Numbered from the stretch's first letter, positions 1 to 8,566 are shown. The stretch is 48,025 nt of DNA from Acidobacteriota bacterium (GCA_023265365.1 JAHFTY010000005.1:872-48896); one strand, 5' to 3'. Numbers and translations are program-made. The notes: generated from the letters alone by a model not told the origin.

Positions 1-879
1 AAGGCCGTGGAATGCTTTCGTGAAGCGATTGCGGGCGACCCCCAATACGCGCTTGCGCACGCGGGACTCGCCGATTGCTGCACGCTGCTGGGCACCGCCG
101 CGTACGTCGACGCGAACGCGGGCTCGACCGTCATGGCGCGGGAGGCCGCCGAACGCGCGATCGCACTGGACGATCACCTTGCCGAAGCCCACTCAGCCCT
201 GGGATTCGTGCGGTTCCGGGTGGACTGGGACTGGCCCGCCGCCGAAGCATCGCTCAAGCGCGCCTGCGAACTCAATCCCGGCCACGCGCCCGCGCACCAT
301 CGCCACGCGCTGCTGCTTTCGGCACTGGCCCGGCATGGCGAAGCGATCGCGGAAATCCGCGTCGCCCAGGAACTCGATCCCCTCTCGATGATTATCGGAA
401 CCGCCGTCGGGCGCATCCTCCATTTCGCCCGCCGCTACGATGAAGCAATCGCTCAATTCCGGCGCACCCTCGAAATGGATTCCACATTTCATCAGGCCCA
501 CTTCGATCTGGCCATGTCCCTCGCCCAGGCCGGCCGTTATCCGGAGTCCCTCGCGGAACTTCAGTCGCAGGCAGACCGCGGCGACCGCCGAAGCGTGCTG
601 GTGGCTGTCATGGGTCATGTCCATGCAATGGCCGGTCAACCCGCGCAGGCACGTGCGATCCTCGCCGAACTGCGACAGCGCCCCGGCCAGCCGCCCTATG
701 CCGAACTCGCGTATGTCCTTGCGGGTCTGGGCGACCTCGATGAAGCAATGACCATGTGCGAAGCGGCGTACGAAGCGCACATCGGACTCGCCGTTTATTT
801 CAAGGTGGAGCCGATGCTGGATCCACTCCGCAGCCATCCGCGATTCGACGCCTTGCTGCAGCGGCTCAAGCTTCAATAA
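1..879 (+). CDS. TPR-repeat protein, C-terminal part (5' end outside window)
   Basis: Frame 1 is open from nt 1. Translation is a series of ~34-aa Ala/Leu-rich helical repeats (AIALDDHLAEAHSALG, ACELNPGHAPAHH, AQELDPLS). Stop at 877-879. Confidence 0.75.
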   Translation, partial: KAVECFREAIAGDPQYALAHAGLADCCTLLGTAAYVDANAGSTVMAREAAERAIALDDHLAEAHSALGFVRFRVDWDWPAAEASLKRACELNPGHAPAHHRHALLLSALARHGEAIAEIRVAQELDPLSMIIGTAVGRILHFARRYDEAIAQFRRTLEMDSTFHQAHFDLAMSLAQAGRYPESLAELQSQADRGDRRSVLVAVMGHVHAMAGQPAQARAILAELRQRPGQPPYAELAYVLAGLGDLDEAMTMCEAAYEAHIGLAVYFKVEPMLDPLRSHPRFDALLQRLKLQ

Positions 880-933
880 CGAAACTGAAAGTTCGTCCGG
901 TGCGGATACAAGACCCCCATTTGTTCCATCTCG

Positions 934-1674
934 CTAATTCGGGCAGGTGTCGGAGACCATTGCGAGGGATCGCACGTCGATGCGTTCGGCGTTCGGCTGG
1001 CGGATGAGAATGCCCTTCGCCTGCATGCGGTGACCGGCATGGTTTTCCGGTTTGTAATCGGCGCCCAGGAAATCGACGTTCTGCAACCGGAACGTCAGCG
1101 TTCCGGCCGGCATGGTCGCGGCCGCCTTCAACTCATCCATCGTCGCGCCGGCATTGGCGCGCGAGCGTTTGGGTTCCGTGGCCATCGTCAATCCCCACGT
1201 CGACGCGTTGATTTGCGTCATGCAGCCGACCGTTTGAATGAACGCGGAGTTGGGAACCGGCCTGGGTCCGTCCTTGCCTTCGACCTGAATACTCGCAAAC
1301 GTTTCGGGTTTCAGCTCGAAAGATCCGGCAGGGAAGTTATTCGATTTCAGGATGAAGGCCATCACGTCCTGATAGAGGTTGTCGGCCAGTGGCGTGCGCA
1401 CGGTCCGGCCGCGCATGGGGGGCATGCTGTTCTTGATGAACAGGTAAAGGCTCTCGACATTGTCTTCGCGCCACCGGTCCATGAAATCGTTGCCCGTCAG
1501 TGACGGCGTCTGGCCGCCCGGCGCGCCATGGCAGCGGGCGCAGTTTTCTTCGTAGACCATCAGGCCGCGCGCGGCCTGTTCGTCGTTGTAGACGCCGGTC
1601 CACACGGTTTTCCGGGATTGCATGCCGAGCAGGAGTGTCGAGGCGCAAAGGATGATGGCGAGTTTCGTTTTCAT
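934..1674 (-). CDS. Exported mono-haem cytochrome c family protein
   Basis: N-terminal signal peptide MKTKLAIILCASTLLLG. Single CxxCH motif (CARCH) about 45 aa in. The C-terminal ~120 aa has no family I recognise. Confidence 0.8.
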   Translation of the reverse strand: MKTKLAIILCASTLLLGMQSRKTVWTGVYNDEQAARGLMVYEENCARCHGAPGGQTPSLTGNDFMDRWREDNVESLYLFIKNSMPPMRGRTVRTPLADNLYQDVMAFILKSNNFPAGSFELKPETFASIQVEGKDGPRPVPNSAFIQTVGCMTQINASTWGLTMATEPKRSRANAGATMDELKAAATMPAGTLTFRLQNVDFLGADYKPENHAGHRMQAKGILIRQPNAERIDVRSLAMVSDTCPN

Positions 1675-1683
1675 AGACCGGGG

Positions 1684-1689
1684 ATTATA
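1684..1689 (-). promoter_or_regulatory. Candidate -10 hexamer TATAAT, 9 nt upstream of the cytochrome c ATG (leaderless-type)
   Basis: Minus strand reads cgTATAATccccggtctATG. No Shine-Dalgarno sequence in between. Confidence 0.35.
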
Positions 1690-1714
1690 CGTTGTTCCGG
1701 TCTGAATTCGACCC

Positions 1715-1960
1715 TCAGCGCCCGCCCAAAAACGCAGGATCGCCGGACCGCCGATACACGATGACGACGTGCGGTTCGAGCTTGAGCGGACCGCACTCGA
1801 TCGTCGAAGGAACGTCGGTGTGCAGTTTGACGATCCGGTCCCCGGACCTGCCGATCCGGCGGCGCCTTGTAATCGGTGGGAATGCCCGGCTCGGCCGGAA
1901 GTAGTAGTGGGCCAAATGAATCTGTGAATCCGCTTCCACGGCTTTCGACAGAAACGTCAA
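1715..1960 (-). CDS. Hypothetical small protein (TTG start), weak call
   Basis: 81-codon ORF directly downstream of the methyltransferase on the same strand. Third codon positions are mostly G/C. No recognisable family. Confidence 0.25.
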   Translation of the reverse strand: MTFLSKAVEADSQIHLAHYYFRPSRAFPPITRRRRIGRSGDRIVKLHTDVPSTIECGPLKLEPHVVIVYRRSGDPAFLGGR

Positions 1961-1967
1961 CCGTCAC

Positions 1968-2849
1968 TTACTCGCAACGGGGAGCCGGAACCATGGGTGC
2001 GGCGCCCGAGACGATAAGAATCTCGGCGGGGAAACGGAAGCGGTTCGAGTGGAAATACGGTTGAGTTTCCGCGCGTACGTCCTCTTTGAAACGGGACAGC
2101 AACTCCGGCGGCATCCGGCGGACCTTTTCCCGCAGCGTGTCCGACATTTCCGTCCTCGCTTCAAAAAAGCGATCGAAGGAAAGTTCGAACTCGAAGTGCA
2201 GACCGGCGACGCGTTCCACCGGGTCGTGGGCGCCGGCCTCGCGCATCAGGTCGAGCAGCTTGCCGCGCTCGGCGAATCGATAGGCGCCGGGGGCCTCAGG
2301 ATCCGGCGGTGGAGATGGCGCGTAACGGTCCGCCACATTTTGGACGGCCCCAAGGAACGGATTTGTCTCTCGAGGTCCCCAGACCGCGAAGGCGGCGCGA
2401 GCGCCAGGCTTCAGAACGCGAAGGGATTCGCGGATGCCGGCGACCGGTTCGCTGAAAAACATGATGCCGAAACGGCAGACGACCGCGTCGAACGTGCCGG
2501 ACTCGAACGGAAGTTCTTCTCCACGGCACTCGCTGAAACGCATGTTGCGGACACCGCTCCTTTCAGCGCAGCGTTTCGCAGCACGCACCATGGCGGAAAC
2601 GAGGTCGGTGCACCAGATCGTGATGTTCGCGTCATGCCTCTCCGCGATCTGGAAACTCACGTCACCTGCTCCGGCCGCGACGTCGAGAATGGTGAAAGGG
2701 CCGCACTGCCGCGGATGCGGGATTGCCGCCTCCCGGGATAAGGCGTCCGTGATCGTGCTGAACATCGCCTGACGGGCATCGCGATGTTTGTCCCAAAAAG
2801 CAGCGGACTCACTCCAGCTCTTGAAGACCTCGTCGTCTGCGTCGCGCAT
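1968..2849 (-). CDS. Class I SAM-dependent methyltransferase
   Basis: Motif I ILDVAAGAGD and post-I/II region (DAVVCRFGIMFF). I placed the start at the internal ATG (MRDADDEV) preceded by AGGAG. The longer 349-aa ORF would overlap the divergent acnX start. Confidence 0.85.
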   Translation of the reverse strand: MRDADDEVFKSWSESAAFWDKHRDARQAMFSTITDALSREAAIPHPRQCGPFTILDVAAGAGDVSFQIAERHDANITIWCTDLVSAMVRAAKRCAERSGVRNMRFSECRGEELPFESGTFDAVVCRFGIMFFSEPVAGIRESLRVLKPGARAAFAVWGPRETNPFLGAVQNVADRYAPSPPPDPEAPGAYRFAERGKLLDLMREAGAHDPVERVAGLHFEFELSFDRFFEARTEMSDTLREKVRRMPPELLSRFKEDVRAETQPYFHSNRFRFPAEILIVSGAAPMVPAPRCE

Positions 2850-2886
2850 CGTTCTCCTATTTTGACACGGACGGTAAACTCCTCCG

Positions 2887-3715
2887 ATGGAATTGACCCC
2901 CGACGACAAGGCCATGCTCGACCACGGCGGCGCTGCCGCATTCGCGATGACTGTGCTGGCGCGGTATGCCGGCGCGATCGGAGCGCCGCGCCTGCTCGAT
3001 ATCACTCGCGCCCACATCGATGGCTGTCTGTACCACGGCGTCCCAGCCGGCGTCGGATGCGCTGTTTATCGGCATCGGATACCTCATTGGCGAACGTTCA
3101 GGTTCGCGGATCCCCGTCATCGAAGGTTTGCCGAAGCCGATGTCCGAAGACCCGTTAAAGGCGCTTGGCGCGGTAGCGGCATCGACGGGAGCGGTGGCGA
3201 TGTTCCATGCGATCGGCATCACGCCGGAGGCGCCCACGTTGAATGATGCGTTTGGCGGCCGGGATCCGGACGATGTGGTGGAATTCACGATGGACGACAT
3301 CCGCAACGCGCTCGCCAGGCTGTCGACTGCCCGCGAGGGCGCGCCTCTGGCGGCCGTGAGTCTGGGCACCCCGCATTTTTCGATCGACGAATTTTGGGCA
3401 TTCGTTCCGCTGCTCTCCGGCTTTCAGATTGCGCCGGGCGTCGAGTTTTACATCAACACCAGCCGCGAAACGCTTCGAGCGATCGACCAGGCGGGCCTCC
3501 TTCCGGTCATCGAAAAGGCGGGCATCCGGTTGGTGACCGATACCTGCACTTACGTGACCTCGATCCTCCGGGATGGCGGAGGAGCGGTGATGACGAACTC
3601 GGGAAAATGGGCGCACTATGCACCGGCCAACCTGGGTGTCGACGTGGCATTCGGATCGACTGAGGATTGTCTGAGATCGGCGTCTTCCGGCCGCATCGAG
3701 AGGAGCGGCCTGTGA
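2887..3715 (+). pseudogene. Aconitase X catalytic-domain (DUF521) gene with internal deletion and frameshift
   Basis: The N-terminal 56 aa (MELTPDDKAMLDHGG...AHIDGCLYHG.AGV) are in frame 1. The C-terminal ~220 aa (DALFIGIGYLIG...AMFHAIGITPEAP...DTCTYV...MTNSGKWAHY) are in frame 2. The junction is near nt 3055. Total length is ~276 codons versus roughly 400 expected for the family. Confidence 0.6.
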
Positions 3716-4113
3716 TTGCCGTTCAAAGCCTTATCGACGGAGTGGCGGAGGGCGAACTTCTCATTCTCGACACTCCGCTGAGCTTCTGGGGTGGATTCGA
3801 TGCGAAAACCGGGCGCGTGATCGATCGATCGCATCGCGCGTTCGGCGCGTTGTTAACGGGAAAGATCGTCGCCATGCCCGCCGGCCGCGGCTCCAGTTCC
3901 GCCAGCAGTGTGCTGGCCGAAGCCATTCGCGCAGGAACCGCCCCCGCCGGCCTTATTCTGCAGGAGCCCGACCCTATTCTTGTGGTGGGTGTGATTATTG
4001 CAGCGCAGCTCTATGGCCGTTCCATTCCCATCGTGGTGTGCTCGCAGCCTCTCCCGCCCTTGCGCCGGGTCCGCATCGCCGCGGACGTGAACTCATGGAT
4101 CGCCGGTGTGTGA
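3712..4113 (+). CDS. Aconitase X swivel-domain (DUF126) small subunit
   Basis: Carries LILDTPLSFWGGFDAKTGRVID and GRGSSSASSVLAEAIRAGTAPAG. GTG start preceded by GAGAGGAG, overlapping the upstream stop (GTGA). Confidence 0.75.
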   Translation: MIAVQSLIDGVAEGELLILDTPLSFWGGFDAKTGRVIDRSHRAFGALLTGKIVAMPAGRGSSSASSVLAEAIRAGTAPAGLILQEPDPILVVGVIIAAQLYGRSIPIVVCSQPLPPLRRVRIAADVNSWIAGV

Positions 4114-4167
4114 ACAGATCTTGCGGCCGAACGTGGCCGCGCCGATGCAGATCCGGCGCTGAATGAC

Positions 4168-4389
4168 TTGTCCCGAGAGTATGCGCGAGCGCTCAGCCAG
4201 GAGGGTTCCATCCGCGGTGGCGGAGCATCCACGGACGATCCGTTTCGTTCGGGAGCCCTTGACTTCAACTGGTTGCGCGTTCCCGATGAGACGCGGGCCA
4301 CCGTTCGCGAACACCTTGCGGAACTTCAGAAAACAGCCGCCGCCGCCCTCGCCGACCAGTTGTTCGTCAACGTCGAATTCCGGAAATAA
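4168..4389 (+). CDS. Hypothetical small protein (TTG start), weak call
   Basis: 73-codon ORF with moderately GC-biased third positions and no recognisable family. The frame is open from 4114, directly after and in frame with the DUF126 stop. Confidence 0.2.
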   Translation: MSREYARALSQEGSIRGGGASTDDPFRSGALDFNWLRVPDETRATVREHLAELQKTAAAALADQLFVNVEFRK

Positions 4390-4409
4390 ATCGTGCCGGT
4401 CCGTTGGGC

Positions 4410-4465
4410 GCCAACCCGGCGCTTCGCGCCACCCTCTTCGTCGAGGCACTGCTGTTCCAATAAGG
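4410..4465. repeat. Partial copy of the mosaic intergenic repeat (H2 module reversed plus T-like module)
   Basis: ccaacccggcgcttcgcgccaccctcttcgtcgaggcactgctgttccaataagg matches the H2 and T modules of the 8596-8821 copy. Confidence 0.6.
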
Positions 4466-4533
4466 TGAGATCGAGACGACTATAAGGGTTGCGACGTGTT
4501 ACCGCTCACACGTTTAAGGAAGCCAAAACCCAT

Positions 4534-4569
4534 GCGCGCCGCTCGTCGGTCTGCTGCAGCGTGTTGGGC
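4534..4569. repeat. Type-2 short repeat, copy A (GCGCGCCGCTCGTCGGTCTGC core)
   Basis: The 21-nt core is identical to 5796-5816 in the same orientation. Similarity extends to ~60 nt including an upstream aCGTTT. Confidence 0.7.
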
Positions 4570-4702
4570 CTCAGACGTTTTCCATCAGTTCCGCAAAACC
4601 CGACCACGACCAGCGTCGTCCCTTTTTCCATTTCTTCCCGTACCACGTAATCGATCCTCGGCCGATAATCAGACTGCCGATCTTCTTCTTGACTGCGTAG
4701 AC

Positions 4703-5089
4703 CTATTGGCCTGCGGGCGGTTGCCAGAGTTCGACCTTGTTTCCCTCAGGGTCCATGACCCAACCGAATTTGCCGTACTCGGAGTCGTCCGTCTTCTCGA
4801 GCACGTTGCACCCTTCAGTTCGAAGCGCCTGGAGCAAGGCAGCCAGATCTTCGACGCGGTAGTTCACCATGAAGGTTGAAGAGCTCGGGGCGAAGGAGTT
4901 ACCGTCCGCAGCGCCGATGGACCAGGCGGTTGTTCCCTTGATCGGGTTACCCGCTTCGTCCGCCCACGTGAACGCCGCACCTCCCCACTCTTGCACGTCA
5001 ATGCCAAGGTGGCGCTTGTACCAGGCTCGAAGCGCTACCGGATCTCGAGCGTTGAAGAAGATTCCGCCAATACCCGTAACTCTCTTCAT
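4703..5089 (-). CDS. VOC / glyoxalase-bleomycin resistance family protein
   Basis: MKRVTGIGGIFFNARDP...GKFGWVMDPEGNKVELWQP is typical of small VOC-fold proteins. GGAGG lies 5 nt upstream of the chosen ATG. Confidence 0.85.
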   Translation of the reverse strand: MKRVTGIGGIFFNARDPVALRAWYKRHLGIDVQEWGGAAFTWADEAGNPIKGTTAWSIGAADGNSFAPSSSTFMVNYRVEDLAALLQALRTEGCNVLEKTDDSEYGKFGWVMDPEGNKVELWQPPAGQ

Positions 5090-5206
5090 ATGCACCTCCG
5101 AAGCATTGAGGTTCAAACGAGGGGCGTTCGACGCACTAACATTTTGGGCATCAGCCGCGGCACGTCTTTTGTGCCGGCGGCTGCATGCCCGTTAGCTGGC
5201 CCCGTA

Positions 5207-5418
5207 CTACAGGAGCTTCTTAAACTTTTCGACCGTGAGACCAGCATCACGAACGATACCGCCCATTGTGTATTCATTGACGGGTTGTGACGAGGAATTG
5301 TAAGAATGCGACTCCCGTCACTCATGACAATGTGCTTGCCTTGATTGACGATCTTGAAACCGGCTCTTTCCAGCGCTCGAACAGCCCGAAGATGGTTGAC
5401 GCCAGGAAGCTTGGGCAC
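5207..5418 (-). pseudogene. hicA: HicA-family mRNA-interferase toxin gene, frameshifted near 5281-5284
   Basis: MPKLPGVNHLRAVRALERAGFKIVNQGKHIVMSDGSRILTIPRHNP is in one frame. The expected tail VNEYTMGGIVRDAGLTVEKFKKLL-stop is in another frame. The break falls in a short C run (minus strand). The uninterrupted 101-aa ORF runs on into the VOC gene. Confidence 0.7.
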
Positions 5419-5420
5419 AA

Positions 5421-5618
5421 CTACACTGGAACTTCGACCTCGCGGACCTTCGCACCTTTTGAAATCTTGACGGCTGCCTCAAGGTAGTCGCGAATCGCAT
5501 CTTGTATGTTTTCGAGGGCCTCGTCTTCTGTTTTACCCTGAGACCAGCAGCCAGGAAGGCCAGGACACGACACGCTGTAGCCTTCCTTGGATTTTTTAAG
5601 AACGACTTTGTATTTCAT
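5421..5618 (-). CDS. hicB: HicB-like (UPF0150) antitoxin
   Basis: MKYKVVLKKSKEGYSVSCPGLPGCWSQGKTEDEALENIQDAIRDYLEA is the canonical small HicB fold signature. GAGG Shine-Dalgarno sequence. A 2-nt gap separates it from hicA. Confidence 0.8.
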   Translation of the reverse strand: MKYKVVLKKSKEGYSVSCPGLPGCWSQGKTEDEALENIQDAIRDYLEAAVKISKGAKVREVEVPV

Positions 5619-5666
5619 GCTGACCTCATTTTCGCTCAGGGCTATCGCAATGTGCCAGTCGAAGCG

Positions 5667-5684
5667 AGTTTACAGAGTTTACAG
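5667..5684 (-). promoter_or_regulatory. Tandem 9-mer (CTGTAAACT x2 on the minus strand) about 50-65 nt upstream of hicB; possible promoter or operator
   Basis: Perfect tandem duplication agtttacag-agtttacag on the plus strand. Each unit contains a TAAACT -10-like hexamer on the hicB strand. Confidence 0.3.
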
Positions 5685-5795
5685 CACACAGCCCGCAGCG
5701 ATCTCGATTTCAACGGGCAAGCCGGAATACGCCTGACGGCTTGCCGCTCAGGCGCGAGCGGCTCGATCTATACGTTTCGCGTTGGCCGCCACCGG

Positions 5796-5828
5796 CGCGC
5801 GCCGCTCGTCGGTCTGCAGCGGCTTGGG
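5796..5828. repeat. Type-2 short repeat, copy B
   Basis: gcgcgccgctcgtcggtctgcagcggcttgggc. Direct repeat of 4534-4569. Confidence 0.7.
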
Positions 5829-5837
5829 CGGCGTGTG

Positions 5838-6049
5838 TCAAACAGCGAGCGTTTCAAAAGCGACGCGCAATGGCCCAGGCTTAGCAAAGGAGAAATTGAG
5901 TTTTTCAAACCCGATGACACGCCCAGAGATGTCCTTCATCAAGATCACTTCATCGCCAGTCTCTTCGCAGATTTGGACGAGGGGGGACGCGAAGCGCCGG
6001 GGTGGTGCCGCCAGTTCGGCGATTTCGAACGGCGCGCAGGACCCGGTCA
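5838..6049 (-). CDS. Possible DUF2283-like small protein (GTG start overlapping the MFS stop), weak call
   Basis: The C-terminal half GDEVILMKDISGRVIGFEKLNFS resembles the DUF2283 core (G-x-I-x-D-x-D-x-x-G-x-V-G-I-E). The N-terminal part is occupied by an H2 repeat module. Confidence 0.25.
5978..6010. repeat. Isolated H2 module of the mosaic repeat
   Basis: acgaggggggacgcgaagcgccggggtggtgcc. Confidence 0.55.
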
Positions 6050-7480
6050 CGATGGGACGGCGGATCTCCGGGCTTCCTGGATCGCTTTCCCCGTATTCGT
6101 CAGTGCGAGAATGACGATGCCGATGACGAACAGGACGATCAACGAGAGGATGGCCTGGCGGTAGGAGCCGGTTCTTCCGACCACGATTCCGAACAGCAGT
6201 GGTCCAATCCACGACGTCCCCCGTTCCGACACTTCATAGATCCCGAAAAACGACGCTTCGAACCCCGGCGGAATCATTCGCGCAAACAAGGACCGGGACA
6301 GTGCCTGCGATCCCCCGAGAACGATCGCGAGAACCGCGGCCATTCCCCACGCCTGCATCGTGGTGCGAAGCGCCGCGTACGTATACACGACGACGCCGGA
6401 CCACAGGAACAACGACGTCAACAGCGCGTTCTTCGTTCCGATCGCCCCCGAGATGCGTTCGAAGAGCATGGCGCCCAGGAACGCGACGAACTGTACCATC
6501 AGGAAAATCTCAAGCATGAAGGTCTGGTCCTCGCCGGCGAGGCGCTGCTGCTCCGTGAAGAGCTCCTGCGACAGGAACACCGAGGCGAGGCCGATGACGG
6601 TTTGAACGCCGTCGTTGTAGAAGAGGTAACCGACCAGGTACTTCAGCGTGTGAGGCAGCCGCTGCAACTGCCGGAAGGTTGCGCGGAGTTCCGTGAATCC
6701 CACGGTGAAGTAGCTCTGCCCGGATTTCAGCACTCGCGACGGAATCCGCGTCCGCAGACGCCGGAACGTGAGGATGGAAAAGCCGCCCCACCAGAGCCCG
6801 GCGGACAACAGGGACAGTCGAACCGCCAGTCCTGCGCCGATGCCCAGGTTCTTCGCGCTCAGCAGCAGAATGAAGTTCAGGAGAAGCAGCAGGCCGCCGC
6901 CGAGATATCCCAGCGCGAATCCACGGCTGGAAACCTTGTCGCCCTGATCGTCGCTGCAGATTTCCGGAAGGAACGCGTTGTACAAGACCAGGGATGCGCC
7001 AAAACTGAGGTTGGCGGCGATGAACAGAATCCCGCCGAAAAAATAGAAGCGGCCGGTGATGACGAACAAACCGCACGTCGCAACCGCGCCGATGTAGCAG
7101 AACAGGGCCATCAGTTTCTTCTTGAGGTGGGAATAGTCGGCGATGGCGCCCAAAACCGGCAGAAGGAAGACCTGAAGGAGTACCGAGATCGAAATGCAGA
7201 ACGGAAAGAACGACTTCGCGGTGACGGCCCCCAACGGCCCGAGATTAAGGACAACTCCGTTCTGACCGACCACGCCTTGAGCCAGCGAGGTGAGGTACGG
7301 CGACAGCAGCGCGCCCGCCACCGTTGTGCTGAATGCGGAGTTCGCCCAGTCATACATCATCCAGCCGAAGATTTCCCGGGAATCGTTGACGGTTTTCACG
7401 GCGGGTATCGTTTCACAGGTCCGGGATTCTTGTGCAGGCTTTAAGGTGGTATCCTTGTCGGCCGAAACTGCAAACCACAA
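6047..7480 (-). CDS. MFS transporter, UMF1 / Atg22-like family
   Basis: N-terminal W-MYDWANSAFSTT signature followed by ~12 hydrophobic segments. The start is uncertain: the TTG at 7480 is only 17 nt from the divergent gene, and a GTG at 7399 is possible. Confidence 0.85.
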   Translation of the reverse strand: MWFAVSADKDTTLKPAQESRTCETIPAVKTVNDSREIFGWMMYDWANSAFSTTVAGALLSPYLTSLAQGVVGQNGVVLNLGPLGAVTAKSFFPFCISISVLLQVFLLPVLGAIADYSHLKKKLMALFCYIGAVATCGLFVITGRFYFFGGILFIAANLSFGASLVLYNAFLPEICSDDQGDKVSSRGFALGYLGGGLLLLLNFILLLSAKNLGIGAGLAVRLSLLSAGLWWGGFSILTFRRLRTRIPSRVLKSGQSYFTVGFTELRATFRQLQRLPHTLKYLVGYLFYNDGVQTVIGLASVFLSQELFTEQQRLAGEDQTFMLEIFLMVQFVAFLGAMLFERISGAIGTKNALLTSLFLWSGVVVYTYAALRTTMQAWGMAAVLAIVLGGSQALSRSLFARMIPPGFEASFFGIYEVSERGTSWIGPLLFGIVVGRTGSYRQAILSLIVLFVIGIVILALTNTGKAIQEARRSAVPS

Positions 7481-7497
7481 TCTAAGGAGTAACTGCG

Positions 7498-8442
7498 ATG
7501 GAGCGAAAGAAAATTTCCGAGTTCCCGCAAGAGGTCATTAACCTCTTTGACCTCTTCATTCACGGTGATATCGATCGCCGTGACTTCATTGAAAGCGCCG
7601 GTAAAGTCGTCGGTGCGGTTGCTGCCGTAACCATGCTGGAAAGCCTGACTCCGAATTATGCGATGGCGCAACAGGTCACGCCGGACGACAAGCGGATCAA
7701 GGCATCCTGGGAGACTTACGATTCTCCGAACGGCACGGGCAAGATGAAGGGTTACCTGGTGCGTCCGGCGAACGCGAACGGAAAACTGCCCGCCGTTCTC
7801 GTTATTCATGAGAATCGCGGTCTCAATCCCTACGTGCAGGATGTCGTTCGCCGTTTCGCACTGGCGGGTTTCATGGCTTTCGGACCCGACGCGCTGAGTT
7901 CGCTCGGCGGCTATCCGGGCAACTGGAACTCCTACGTGGCGGGCAAGCAGGTGGACGCGACGGAGGTCACCACAAACGATCAAAAGGGCCAGCAGATGCA
8001 GTCGTCACTGGATGGCAAGAAACTGGTGGAAGACTGGGTCACCGGCGCGCAGTGGCTGAAATCCAGGGCCGATTGCACGGGCAGAATCGGCGCTGTCGGA
8101 TTCTGCTATGGCGGCGGCATTGTGAATACGCTGGCCGTCCGCCTGGGCGCGGACCTTGCGGCCGGCGCTCCCTACTACGGCTCGCAGCCGAGCGCCGATG
8201 ATGCGGCGAAGATCAAAGCGGCGTTGTGCCTGCACTACGCGGAGATGGATACGCGAATCACCGGCAACTGGCCGGCATACGAAACCGCTCTCAAGACGGC
8301 GAAAGTCATGTACGAGGGTCACGTTTACCCGGGCGCCCAGCACGGATTCCACAACGATTCGACTCCGCGCTACGACAAAGCCGCCGCCGATCTTTCGCAG
8401 CAGCGCACGATCGCCTGGTTCAACAAATATCTGAAGAGCTAA
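7498..8442 (+). CDS. Dienelactone hydrolase family protein with Tat-type signal
   Basis: AGGAG Shine-Dalgarno sequence. RRDFIESAG twin-arginine motif. LPAVLVIHENRGLNPYVQDV, GFCYGGG nucleophile elbow and a C-terminal HGFHND. Confidence 0.85.
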   Translation: MERKKISEFPQEVINLFDLFIHGDIDRRDFIESAGKVVGAVAAVTMLESLTPNYAMAQQVTPDDKRIKASWETYDSPNGTGKMKGYLVRPANANGKLPAVLVIHENRGLNPYVQDVVRRFALAGFMAFGPDALSSLGGYPGNWNSYVAGKQVDATEVTTNDQKGQQMQSSLDGKKLVEDWVTGAQWLKSRADCTGRIGAVGFCYGGGIVNTLAVRLGADLAAGAPYYGSQPSADDAAKIKAALCLHYAEMDTRITGNWPAYETALKTAKVMYEGHVYPGAQHGFHNDSTPRYDKAAADLSQQRTIAWFNKYLKS

Positions 8443-8519
8443 CGAGGCTGCGCCTCAGACCGACATCGCATGTGGTGCGCTATCCGCGCGATTGCCCTAT
8501 GTCGGTCTGAAGCCTCGTT
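8441..8519. repeat. Long imperfect hairpin directly after the hydrolase stop; related to the type-2 repeat
   Basis: Arms aacgaggct(gcgcc)tcagaccgacat and atgtcggtctgaagcctcgtt flank a ~32-nt loop. The right arm shares GTCGGTCTG with 4534-4569 and 5796-5828. No U-tract. Confidence 0.5.
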
Positions 8520-8566
8520 AGTTCAACTCGACACATCCACTACAGATTTTTTTATTCAAGACTCCC

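Noticed and set aside
4114-4389. ORF continuing in frame directly after the DUF126 TGA stop. Similarly, a 43-codon start-less ORF at 4574-4702 lies in frame after the VOC TAG stop and ends ...WSWSGFAELMENV. I considered stop-codon read-through or selenocysteine.
   Set aside because: There is no SECIS-like hairpin after the TGA and no family resemblance in the extensions. In-frame continuation has a one-in-three chance each. Long open frames are common in GC-rich DNA. They are more likely decayed gene remnants, and were kept only as low-confidence or unreported ORFs.
6002-7444. 480-aa plus-strand ORF opposite the MFS transporter
   Set aside because: Same reasoning. The composition is highly charged and low complexity (RRNRADV, QQGQSNRQ), while the opposite strand has the UMF1 signature and TM periodicity.
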